From Bugula neritina (lineage: Eukaryota; Animalia; Bryozoa), in contig OZ037765.1 in assembly GCA_964035545.1 (NCBI GenBank), forward strand, positions 3,472,001 to 3,536,000: DNA of 64,000 nucleotides. Direction: 5' to 3'. A program made the translations under genes and the position numbers. Position 1 is the stretch's first letter, and every line of letters starts with the position of its first letter. This document shows, piece after piece, positions 10,806-22,537 of this stretch. A model generated the notes under the pieces. That model made no database searches. It worked only from the letters and a program-made list of their open reading frames with translations, and had not been told where the DNA came from.

Positions 10806-12129
10806 GGGGTAACGGGGGGGGGGGGGGCACAACGGGTTGAATTTTGCATTTGTTGCTCTCATTCGTCTGTTTTTCAGGTTACTAGTTCAATAATCTCTAG
10901 TCTTAATGCTGCATCTGTTGTCTATTACAGGTACCAGTTTGTTGTTTCTATCTCTCTCACAACTTTCAGAATAAGAAAAATATTTTCATGACAAAAAATT
11001 TGGCCCATTGTGCCTCGGTACCGGGGTACAATGGGCCACTGGGTGGGATACAACAAATATATTGAAATTTTGCGTATTTTGTTACATCTAAACTTTATTT
11101 ACTTAATATTACAAATAAATAAAAAATACCCCTTCAGATCTACAGCAAAATTCATGTTTTAGCTGTATACAGTTTGTGCTACTACGGATAGCAGAGGAAG
11201 GCAAAATCAAAAGCACGTGACTCGGTTCTGCAGTGCCATTATCATTACTGTTTAGAACTAAAAATGTTCTGTTATTTTCACTTCGCAGAGGAACCTTTAT
11301 TAAAAAAAAAACTTTAGTAACATGTACTACAAAATTCCGGGTGGACTTTTTTCTATGAACTGTAGCTAAGGTGCATGCATGGCTGAGGTTTGTGACTGGA
11401 GTACGGAAGGGAGAGGAGGGAGCAAATGAGCAAATCGCAATTTATTTCAGTCAAATACATGTACATTCCCTCAATGGTGTAATATATTATAATGATTATC
11501 ATGACTATCTACTAGTAGCAACAGCAGAGTGTTTTGTATTATGTATAAAATGGCAAAGCTTTAACCTCATCAGATGTATAATATATTAGGGGAGCTTCAA
11601 CTTGTAGTTTTGTAGTCTTACCATGATGTCTTTGATATTTTACAAAAAGGTCAGAAATGGCTATATCTGTAGATTTTAGTAACATTTCAACCAACTTTTT
11701 GGGCAAACAAACTAATAACAGTGATCAGGGTGCAATAATCAGCCGGGCCCATTGTGCCCCGTGTGGCCAAATTGAAAATAAATGTGCCTCAAGGAAAATT
11801 TATTTCAGTGTTTGCTGTTATACTAGTTAAGCATTGTAGAGACAAGCAATGGCAACAATATTAGTAAAATCTAGGCTTTTTGCCTTTGAGTGTAAAAAGT
11901 TATAAAGCTTTAACGACATCCTAAAAGATTTACAAAAGTAGGTAAACACAGTTTTTTACTCGCCTTTTCAACACGTATGTTCCGCAAGTGTTGAAACTAC
12001 AAAGGCTGAATAATTATGTCAATATCTTTTTATGAAAAAAAAATCGCAACTCATCAATCAATAAGTTCTCTCACAATTTGGCCGGCTTTTTGTACCCCTA
12101 TGACCGTTGTGCCCCCCCCCCCTTACCCC
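10806..12129. mobile_element. Non-autonomous TIR DNA element (IS630-Tc1-mariner/pogo-type, TA target), copy 1
   Basis: Termini GGGGTAAC-G(n)-CACAACGG and CCGTTGTG-C(n)-TTACCCC flanked by TA. A full-length inverted copy lies at 48931-50272. No transposase ORF. Confidence 0.9.
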
Positions 12130-12495
12130 TACTAATTTTGCTATCAATAACAGGTAATAATTTGAAAAAACCGTCTTCAATTTATTTTTACCTATTAGAA
12201 TAATTGTAAAATTATGCACCAATAACTTATATTATACAGTCATTGTAGTTCCTATATATATTATAAATAGCGTAGTCACTTATATTATATTGAAATAAGG
12301 TTGATTATAAAAAACAACCAAATTATTTCCTAAATCTCTTTCAAGTACCGCTGTAGCAGGACAAGAGTAATTATCTAATATAATATAATAATATATGTAT
12401 ATGACATTAAAATTTTCTCTAAACATGCCATACACTTACTACAATGTTTTATTGCTATCCTATTATAATAGTAAATCGATTTCATAAATACTTAC

Positions 12496-12750
12496 CAGCA
12501 CAATCTGGTCTAACAGAGTATCTCCACTGACTATCATAACTACTAATAGTAACAGTCTGAGTATTCTCTGCTAACAGTTGACAGTTTCCATCATCAGTGC
12601 TGTAGTTTATTGAGGCACATATAAATGATGTCTGCTGCATACACTGAGCTCTACACTCATCTTCACTGGTTACAGAGAGAGTCTTTATACTACCAGATGT
12701 TATGTACGGATCTAGTCTACCCACACCTGATGCCCAGTCACAGGTTAATC
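12496..12750 (-). CDS. 255-nt phase 1-1 exon encoding a PAN/apple domain
   Basis: Acceptor tattttcag, donor G|gtaagt. Translation LTCDW..SEDECRAQCMQQTSFICASINY..GNCQLLAEN..WRYSVRPDCA fits PAN cysteine spacing. Confidence 0.85.
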
Positions 12751-13008
12751 CTGAAAATACATTATAAAAGAGTATATCGCACTTATTTTAACTTATTCAG
12801 TGTATATAATCCTGGCTGAAAAAGTTAAACTACTTCTCTCTCGAGTTTGCAAAGTGTTTTAGAATAGCAAGAGTTTACTACTGATTTATACATTTGAGAG
12901 CAAGTACAATACTTTCATCTATGCGTACACTTTCTGTCCGTATGCTACAGATAATGGTTGTAAACAAATCGAATAGATTATGTTATACAATAAAGCTATC
13001 TAACATAC

Positions 13009-13084
13009 CTTGTACTGGTGCAGAGAAAAACACAGTAACTAAAAAAAACCACAAGTGAAAACACAAGTACAGTATTCTCTCCAT
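13009..13084 (-). CDS. First coding exon (signal peptide) of the PAN-domain gene
   Basis: ATG at 13084; MERILYLCFHLWFFLVTVFFSAPVQ|G is a hydrophobic leader. The phase-1 donor CAAG|gtatgt matches the next exon. Confidence 0.75.
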
Positions 13085-13645
13085 GTCAACACTACTTAGT
13101 AATGTCTATACAATGAGGTAGTGTTTAGTAAAGTTATGCTTCTATACAAATAAATCACAATAGCTAGAACCTTCCAATATAAGTAGGTAGCTGCTATATA
13201 ATAGAAGCATTGTACCTAAAAGAATAAAAAGTCACAAGACTGTATTACAAGGAGGAAGTTGAAAAGCTTTGTACAAATATTCCAATCAATATTGTATAAT
13301 AAGTATTCAAATCTTTCACTCACAAGTAATTTGTTATGATGAAGGTTGTGTCCCCTGTACTAGGTAAAAGAAAGTTGAGTTGATTCAATATGTTGTTAAG
13401 ATGTAATAAAAGTATTGTTCCTTCATTAAACATAAAACTATTATAGACATACATCACTCAGTGAGAGAGCTGATAAAACAATAGCCAATAAGATGATATG
13501 TTTTGTTTCGAATTAATTCAGCATACCTTCTGATATGAAAGAAAGCAAATAATGAAAGCATCCACTTTCACCTTCAAGAAATTCAATTTCTTTCTTTTCT
13601 GAAATTGGTTATACCTGAATATAATGCGTTGTCTGAAATTCTTAA

Positions 13646-13725
13646 GCCCCTGTAGCGTAATTGGTTGGCGCGCCTACTTGCAAGCCGGAGGTCTGTGGTT
13701 CGAATCCCAGTGGGGCAATTATTTT
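13646..13725 (+). mobile_element. Short tRNA-derived (Ala-TGC-like) SINE-like repeat
   Basis: A-box TAGCGTAATTGG, CTTGCAA loop, B-box GGTTCGAATCC and an AT-rich tail; stems pair poorly. Related copies are dispersed in the window. Confidence 0.7.
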
Positions 13726-15159
13726 ACATAATGTATAATAGTAAATTATTTTAGTTATACTGTTTGAAGATTCACTCCAATGATTAGCATCTCATATGTA
13801 TATATACATAGTTAGATTATTGTAGATATCGCTATTAAAGAAATTGTTTGCACATGCAAAGATAGAAAGCAATTTGGCACAAGCTAATGACATGAAAATT
13901 TCTAAATAAATAAATATGTATAAATTGAGAATAGATAATTGTTGTATATTCATATATCGCATTATTATACCTTTGTTGTTATGCAGGCTAATTTAAGAGA
14001 AGAAGCTATGTAAAGCTTGCAGATAAAAATCTAATGTTTTAGGCACATATTACTCATTCTTTCTCCGTGACTCAGCCTATATATAGTAACACGTTAAATA
14101 CTCAATATGTAAATCGTATCACATAATTCTACAATACCTATGACTAGCTTTTAATAATTTTATAATAATAGAGTACAAAGTTAGCAGAGTACAACCAAAT
14201 TTAATTTTAGTAAAATATGTTTTAATATTTCACCCACTCACTACTTTTTCATGCACTATAAAATCCTCTTTAAAAGTTTTTTACAAAGCAATCCTGGCTT
14301 TGGATTCTAAAAGCTACTGCCAGTAGCTTGACAAGTATTCATTTTTGCAGGCAGCAGATTAAAAAAACTAAATTTTATTCTTTTGTTATCATCTCGTATA
14401 ATCAATTGGAAGTAGTATATGAATATTATTTTAAAAATTATCCTTTTGTATTATACTGGAGTGTTTAAAGCTGCAAACTCAATTTTATCAATTTTGCTCA
14501 ATTTCAAGACCTGAAAAAAAAAATTTTATTTATCAAAAAACAAACGCATCATGTTGTACATTTCTCAATAAAAACAACTATAATAATATTATATATAAAC
14601 TATCTTTATTAAATGTATTTTCAAAATTATTTATATATAATATGGGTTTCATCCCAGATAGAAGCTTCTCAGTTAGACGCTATTATTTATTTTAGTACAA
14701 TGTTTATTCCCCCCCTACTCCTGACAATTTATCTGAATACTATATTGATATATATGTATATTTAAATAAACATGAATTATTTGTTTGTTATCTAGCACAT
14801 AAACAAATTCCAGCGATCCGCATTAACTTATTAATTTTGCATAATCTATACTGAAATTTTTGTGTGAAAAAATATTTCGTTAATAAGTATTCATTAAAAA
14901 CAATGTCTAATGTTAATGTATTACTGTTTATCCCCAACAAAGGTCCGTCACGTTCCGACTATTATTCCAGATATTTTATATTAGCAATTATAATAGCTAT
15001 TAGCATATATTAGCTATATTTATAGCAATCAATACAACAGGTATATATAGGTATTATAGGCCTATACATTATTGTGGTACTTACCAAAATAAAAATTAGC
15101 TTTTGGGATGACACCATAATTTGACTGTAACTATTTACAATAAAAATCGTCTCCAGTTG

Positions 15160-15520
15160 CGTTTATACCTCTGCTGAAAAAAGTACCGAGTTTAACTTAA
15201 TAGGCTAATGCTTGTCCAGATACCCCTTTATAGTCAAACTGAAACTCGTTGAAATCATATTGATGCGGTTGCTCACTTTTTGAAATTGAAATTTGACTCG
15301 CATAATAGCTATTTGATGCCCTTTGTAAACGTCGTGAATTAGTGAAGCAGACAGCATAAAAGCAATAATTGAGAAGGTGTAGGCTATATAATTATAGCCG
15401 TATAAGTACGTTGTCTAATCGCCAAAGTAATAACTAAATAACGATGTTTACAAGGAGTTATTACTCATATTCTAAAATTGGCTAATTAAGTTATCACAGT
15501 ACAAAAAATTTTACGGGTGG
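15160..15520. repeat. Dispersed repeat, unclassified; inverted copy at about 31985-32338
   Basis: GTTTATACCTCTGCTGAAAAAAGTACCGAG..CCCCTTTATAGTCAAACTGAAA matches the reverse complement of 32260-32338. The adjacent 15530-15600 matches about 42320-42400 inverted. Confidence 0.65.
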
Positions 15521-17549
15521 CTTTTACAATGCAATGCAACTCGGTGAAATTTCAACCCGGCCAAATTGAAATTCTGACCAAAAATCGTGAAGGTATGAAG
15601 GCAACTGTAGTTTGCTATAACTTGTAGTTTGCTATAACTGGTTAAATATAAAGAGCTGTTGAAAAGAAACTTATTGCACATACTACTATCGTGCAATGCT
15701 TATTGCTTTTATTACTTTATTATAAACATCTGAACTATTATAGTATAGCTATTAGTTTCTGGTTGCCAAATGATCTTGCTCTTTTGACTCTTCAGATTGG
15801 ATAAAGTTTCAACTTGGGTTGAATTGACAGTTTATTCTATATTGAAGTGCAAATAATAAATATTAGTTTCATTACCATGACTATGTCTCTATAATTTCTA
15901 CTTTGAGTTTTTTTTCAGGCAGATTTTGATGAATCTTCCAAATTCTCTTTGACGTTGAAATGCAGATTTTCTCATATGACATAGTTTGATTTATCTTTTC
16001 TGTACAATACATATTTCCTTTTGCAAAATCAAAATTATCTGCATGCCAAACTTTTCTGAGATTGTTGAAACTCAGATTATGTACTTAATGCGTCATACTT
16101 TGTACACATTTTGAGTTGTGCACTCTTGAAGCCTCAGAATTCCAATGGTTAGTTAAGACTTGTGCTTGGTGATTTGAGCATATAACTCCAAAATTGTGCA
16201 CTTCTTTTAACAGATACTTTCATATTATTCTGAAATAATGAACTTTTTACTAAATTGTACCATATTACTTTCTAATTATTGATTATATTAGAAGGAATAT
16301 AATCAGAGTTATCTGATACTAATTGTAGTATAATATCTATCTTTTTTTTAATATAAATGTTAATATGTTATGATTCCTTTGGTCAAATGCTTTTTGTCAA
16401 TGCATGCTTAGAAAAACACAATATTATGTGTGTTTTTCAAATCCTGATGCTAAAATAAAAAATAAATTCAGCATAATTAACTTTATATATAGCAGCCGAT
16501 CTTATTTTGTTATAGGTATTTGACTTTATAAAACAGTCATCATTTTAATGTGTCTGTGCTTTTGCAAAATGTATAATATAGTTTTTGTCAGGAAAAAAAT
16601 GTTAACTGCAGTAAAAATAATTCACGTATATTAATTGTGTAAATAGATGAAGCAATATTATATAGATACTGGTTGAAACCGAATAACTGACAATATAGAC
16701 TGATTATTAGTGAAAGATTATAAAACTTTGTGTTGCGGCTAACGTACTCATTAAAATAAAGTTCTTAGTATGTTACCTGCTACGTGCATCTTAAGTTAAA
16801 ATATAATAAAAGTATTATTCCTTTTTTATACATAAAACTACTAGACAAACGCACTCTGTAGAGAGATGATAAATTAATAGTTTTTATAATTTTTTTTTTA
16901 ATTATTAGTTATATAGCTCATTATAGTTCTTGAAAGAATAAACTTAAACTTTTCTCACTGTGACAGCTTTACTGTCAACAAAACTGTGGCAATCAAATGA
17001 AAAATGTTGATGTTAAGTTCAAAATACTATTGCAATATTCCAACATCTTGTATAAATGAGCACATTTTAAATATTATGTATGCAGTTATTTATAGAATTA
17101 TTAATTGCATAGAGCAGAACAGCTCATTAAATAAATGCCTAAAAATAAAAATATTTAGATTAATTAATAGATATGTGGGCAAGAACTAACGAGCAGTTAT
17201 GCTTTTTAATAAATTTGAAATATTTCAGCTTGTATACAGAGATATATAATGCTTGAGATATTATAGCAAATCCAAGATTTTCATAAAATAAAGCCATTGC
17301 TATAAGGTGCACTGCAAAACAATCATTTCTTTCAATAATAAAAGCTGCTCTCGCAACTTAGTGATAATCAGGTAATCATTAATTCCTGTGGCAGTTTAAA
17401 ATCTAAATAAATTATTTTTCTGCTCTTAATTGTTCTTTTACAGTCAGCTGTAATAAGAGACTCTGGTTTGGGCTATTTCAGTTCCTGTAGGTCCTTATCT
17501 TTGCAGTATATCCATCCATCGTTAAATTTAGATCTATACATGGAAGTAT

Positions 17550-17933
17550 TGTAAGGGTTTTTTTAGTAGTGCATTAGTTATATCGAAAGGATACTTTTCA
17601 CTCGGACAGTTACATGATGCAGCCAGCATCATGCCATCAGGATGGCACCACCGTGTTGGCCAATGAGATGTGACTAACAATTAATTAGTAGGCGGAGCTA
17701 CTAATGCGCAGTGGAAGCTAGTTAGGCAGCGTAGCTGGCAGAGAGGACTTGATAATGCTAGTGTAAAGTTGTGTACTGTTAGCTCTCTATTATGTAACAG
17801 TTTGTGTTAGTCGTTATATACATTTTATTGTGTTATTAGCAGTAAATAAACTCTTATTAATTAACAAACCTGGCGAAGTGCAGGCCTTCAATAAATAAAC
17901 CCATTGATTGCAGTGAAGCATAAATTCACAACA
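17550..17933 (+). mobile_element. Solo LTR (384 bp), probably Gypsy-type
   Basis: TGTAAG...CAACA termini, 4-bp direct repeat GTAT on both sides (17546-17549, 17934-17937), AATAAA in the 3' part, and higher GC than flanks. Confidence 0.65.
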
Positions 17934-18379
17934 GTATATATGCTTGACTGACATGCATTATACTAAATTATACTTTTAATATGTGTAAGAATTGATAGAA
18001 CAACTTTAATATTTATAAAAGATTGACAAAGAATGCTCTTAAACTTTTAGTTATATTTGCTTGAATGCTTTTCTAATGAAGTTTTAATAAATCGTAGTAT
18101 ATTATTTATTTCGTATATGCAGCTGTGTATGCTAAATTTATGATGCTATTGTGTAAGCAGGCTGGCATACTGCTTTTGCTACGTACAACAGAAGTATATC
18201 TATATTGCTAAGGCAGCTACACTTCATATACTTAAATGTATAAGTTGCTATAAAATAGTTAGGATATATATAGTAGAGAGAACCAAACATTGAATGATGG
18301 GCAATATAATTAAACATGGAAGCTCACAATGCAAAATATTGCCCTACAAGGTATTTTTGTGTAATTATAAATAGTATAC

Positions 18380-18465
18380 ATCTGCCAAAGTTTTGTTTTC
18401 TGTACGGTTTTTAGATAAAGGAATTGGCCAATTATAACTTAAGTTTACAGGTCAAAGGTCATGCA
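18380..18465 (-). promoter_or_regulatory. Promoter-like segment with a perfect DR1 element; inverted homologue of the lectin promoter
   Basis: AGGTCA-A-AGGTCA at 18449-18461, with CCAAT and AGATAA nearby; alignable to the reverse complement of 62520-62605. Confidence 0.5.
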
Positions 18466-19199
18466 CGTGCAGACAGCTGCTTGCTAAGCTACACAACATC
18501 TCATTATCTCATATAGTGTGGAGCAGTGCGAGTTATTTGAATACTGATGAAGTTCTATATCAGCCTTATTGCCGGACATGACAAGCATAAAAATAATACC
18601 ATCCATAGCTTTGCAAACCGAAAACTAATAAATATTCCGACAATTAATTCTTTTCAAAGTTAGCAAACTTTATCATCCTAATGGTATTCAAAGCTTAAAA
18701 ACAAGCTTAGAAAGTTAATAATAAATAATATTCCCTATATTTGAAAGTAATCCGCAATGTGTAGTCTACTGTGGCTGTTTTAGAAGTTTCTATTAATTAT
18801 TTGCCTTCAAAATTGCTCGATGATGAAAAATCTTAGCAATTTTCAACTTGCTAAATATCCTAGATCAAGTGACAGCGTGTAGCAATATAATGAAATGAAA
18901 TATGGTTTAGGGATGCCACTAGATATACATGTAAGTGTATATATATCAAAAGACATAGGTGCCATAGTGGTTATTAAGAGCAAATTTAACACCGTATAGA
19001 GTTTCAGCTTAATTACATTTACATATAATAGTTTATTACCGCTATCATCATATCATCTTGATGGAGGTGTTTGTCTATTACATTTAGTTTATGGTTAGAT
19101 ATATATATATAGGCCAACTGTGCTCCATAGATCATAGCATGACAAGCACTGGGCTACCAAGTGTGATAGAGACACCATAGTGCAAGCACTAACTGAGTG

Positions 19200-19545
19200 G
19201 CATATTGCCAGTTGCTGAATAGTTGTATGCCAAACCACTTCCAAGATACCACAGCTGCAAAATATTGATAGGCCATTTGAATGTCATTAAAGCCTTATGA
19301 GTCATCAAACTATGGCATTGGAAATTCCCAAAACTTCTTCGACTAAGCTCGCCATATGCGATGGTATTAAACTGAAAATAAAGTCAGCCAATCATATGAA
19401 TAGCTTATTATTGTTGTCATATGACTGTCTGTATTGTAACATAATCAAGGGAAGCTGTACTACATCAACGCTGCAAACGTCAACTATCTTATAGTATTTA
19501 TCAGGACTTGTTCTGCAGAAAAATGTACTTCAACCTAGTAAGTAG
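19200..19545 (+). promoter_or_regulatory. Putative promoter and non-coding first exon of SLC15 gene A
   Basis: CCAAT at 19388 within GCCAATCATATG and a candidate donor GTAAGT at 19538. Homologous to inverted cassettes upstream of genes B and C. Gene A has an acceptor just before its ATG. Confidence 0.45.
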
Positions 19546-21025
19546 TCTAATATAATTCACTAGTAGATTCTAACTGCATAGAGTTTTCCACTCTGACTGC
19601 TAGTTATCAATAAACTGAGATAATGTTTTAGCTTCTAGTGTTGAATATTCATAATGGTCATTGGTTATTTATTATGGGTATTGGTTATTGTTGATAATAT
19701 TGATTATTGGTAATAGGCATTGCATGGTTGCTTTCCTATTGATAATATTGATTGATTATTGGCTATTGCCATTGGTGATAGGTATCGATTATTCGTAATG
19801 GATGTCGACAGGTATTATAGATATATGCAATATTCTCAACTGTTTAGCATCATGCATGGAGAGTAATTGAATTTAAAGATGATTACTGATTGCAAGACGT
19901 TATTGTATTCAGATTGAGGATGAGAATAGAAAGTGATGTCATATTAACAATTCCAATAATGACTTACTTCAAACTAAGCATGAAAGCATAACTCTAAATT
20001 TACTAAAATACAGCAATATGCACCTTGGTTATTTCAAGATGGATTGAAATAAGCCCCACACATGTACAGTAATGTTCTATTTTGACAGATTCTTACAAAC
20101 CCAACTTGAATGAAAGTCCACATGGTTTCCAGCCTTTTATGCCTTAACCCATTTCAAAACTTTTTTAATAATAGCTTCCTCTTTTTGTAAAAAAAAATAA
20201 TTTACAAGTACTTGAAAAGCCTGTAATACAAGTTCATAATATGTATACTAAGAAATACTGCATGGAAGCACTCCTTGTCCCTTTATAATTTATGTATACA
20301 ATATATGCATATGACACCCTGTTTACTTAGTAATTGGTCTCCACATAAATGTCAGTGCAAAGAACTTGCTTAAAAACCCTTGCCTGTGCTGAAATCAGCA
20401 AAATTTTCAACTGTTATCACAGTTTACTATAGCAGTTCGAAAAATTAAAGTTACAACAGGTTTGGCGGCCATCTTTGACCTAAATGTTTTGTTTTGGAGA
20501 CATAAAACCTTGTTGAGTTGAAAGCCCATACATCAAAAAATGTTTTGATACCAAATTTGGCACTATCATGGTTATGATAAAAAAGCTCGTTGCTAAGGCT
20601 TGACAAATTTACACAAATAATCCATAAATTATTCCTGACTTGCTTACTTAAAATGCAAATTGACAGTTTCAATAGCGCCAAGGTATTTTAATGTTAATAT
20701 CTCAAGTTCTATTTGCATTAGAGACTTCAAATAATTTGCAAAGTAATTTCGAGGATCTGTTCTATAATTCCATATTTATATTAGCTCAATTTTGAAAATG
20801 TGACATAAGTTCTCCGTTTTGTGGTGGGTGGTCACATATTATAATTTTATAGAATTGTTTTTATATATAATTAACACATTAACTACATGTGATTGAAGAT
20901 TAATGTCACACATGATCATCATTCTATTATGATATATTATGATATTAGAATACTATCTACTATTATAATTTTATGTTATTATTACTACCACCTGATACTG
21001 TAGTGATGAGTTTACCCAGTGCGTG

Positions 21026-21108
21026 GTCCCCGTGGTGTACTGGTTAGCACACCTGCTTGCAAGCCGGAGGTCTCAGGTTCGATTCCCAGTGGGGGCAAAA
21101 TTATTTTT
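21026..21108 (+). mobile_element. Short tRNA-derived SINE-like repeat
   Basis: TGGTGTACTGG..GCTTGCAAGCCGGAGGTCTCAGGTTCGATTCCCAGTGGGGGC; same family as 13646. Confidence 0.7.
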
Positions 21109-21909
21109 CAGATACATGAATGAGTTTTATTACATACTTTCAACAGCTGCCTGAATGTTTCACTGAAAATTGATAAAAGCAGCAAATACAAAGCATGATG
21201 GGTAAATTCTACTCTACAAATTATTGTTGAGCTATACAGCACTACAAAAAGAGTTATACATTAAAATGTGCTCCACTACATGCCAGTGCCTAATAAAGTA
21301 TACAAAGTCAAATTATACAATAAAAAAAATCAAATTCCACCTTTAAGCATATTGCGGTGGATTTTGATTTATCTATATTATTATTCCCCTGTCGTATAGT
21401 TATAATCACACATTGTCAATGGCTATGTAATTAACCCGCTATGATTAGTAGTTGCAAGTTAGTGGTTAGTAGTTAGTGGGTAGTTAACATTTGTAACCCT
21501 CTGTTAGCACGTAGGTAGTTTACTAATATCACGCCAGAGGCAGCAACAACATTGCTGGCAGCTATGATCATGCACTGTAATGTAATGGACTGTAATGTAA
21601 TGGACAAAAAGTAATGCGTATGCATGATCATTGTAATAGGCCGTTATAACTTGTAGTTAATGACCAGCTTGACTGGTCGCTATTATGGGAAAGTACAAAT
21701 GCTGTCTGTTAGCTACATGCTAGAAATCACTATGCATGCCTAGCTTGACTGAATCACCATTATTAAAGAGAACATATGTTGTTCCGTACTAGTTGGGTCA
21801 TTCCGCTTCAACTCAACAAATGGCCCACGCCTTTGCATCTCAGATATACATATATATATACATATATATACACACACACGCACGCACACACACACACACA
21901 CATATATGT

Positions 21910-22330
21910 GTAATATTCATCATCCTAAAAACATCTTCAACTTTTTCTTTTAAATGTGAAGAGAATGATCTTCCAACTTTAGCTTCTGGTTTGAACAGGA
22001 TTCTCTTTGCAGTTTTCTGGCTTGCTGGGCCAGGTAATTGTTTTCTCCAAATTCTGTGGCTGTTTTATCAATGGTCCAGCTTTCCGTGCTAATGTCAATA
22101 ACTGGACCTTTTCTTGTCGCAAAGAAACTTTTACGTTCTTAGTTAAGGAACATAGTAATTTGTTCAAATCTTCATGATTACTAGGCTTCATACAGACATT
22201 TGTTGCTTCTGGGTGGAGTTCCTCTCCCTCTATACTTGCGACTGTGGTAACCTTCTTAGTAATGACCTCCTTCACTTTCTTTCGTTTTCTTTTCCCATAG
22301 TTCACTTTACTGGGCAGGCATGTTCCGTGG
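21910..22330 (-). pseudogene. Frameshifted DNA-transposase-like fragment (possibly Sola-like N-terminal region)
   Basis: Across shifted frames it reads YGKRK..DLNKLL..EKVQLLTLA/ESWTIDKTATEFG..ILFKPEAKVGRS..VEDVF*DDEY. The family call is from recalled motif resemblance only. Confidence 0.4.
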
Positions 22331-22537
22331 TCAAATTTTCAGCAAGGACAGATGTTTTACTGATTAAGTCAAAAATTAAAGTTGGTTTTTGATTAAAAGT
22401 TTTTAAAAGAATGTTCTCGTAAGTTTATTCTCAGTTAAGTACTTCTATGATGTCCTATTTTCAATGATGTAATAAAATTGTTCAATCACTTTAATGCATC
22501 CTATTTTCCACTATAAATTTTAGAAAAAGATGAACTG

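Noticed and set aside
13646-13717. Functional tRNA-Ala(TGC) gene
   Set aside because: The anticodon and T stems do not pair properly, and diverged or deleted copies are scattered through the window; better explained as a tRNA-derived repeat.
17440-17535. Remnant lectin exon downstream of the orphan promoter
   Set aside because: The translation (SKFNDGWIYCKDKDLQELK*) shows no convincing CTLD motif or similarity to 63263-63916.
20450-20840. Complete DNA transposon ending in GGTCACATAT
   Set aside because: Looks like one terminus of a repeat, but I found no matching second TIR or TSD.
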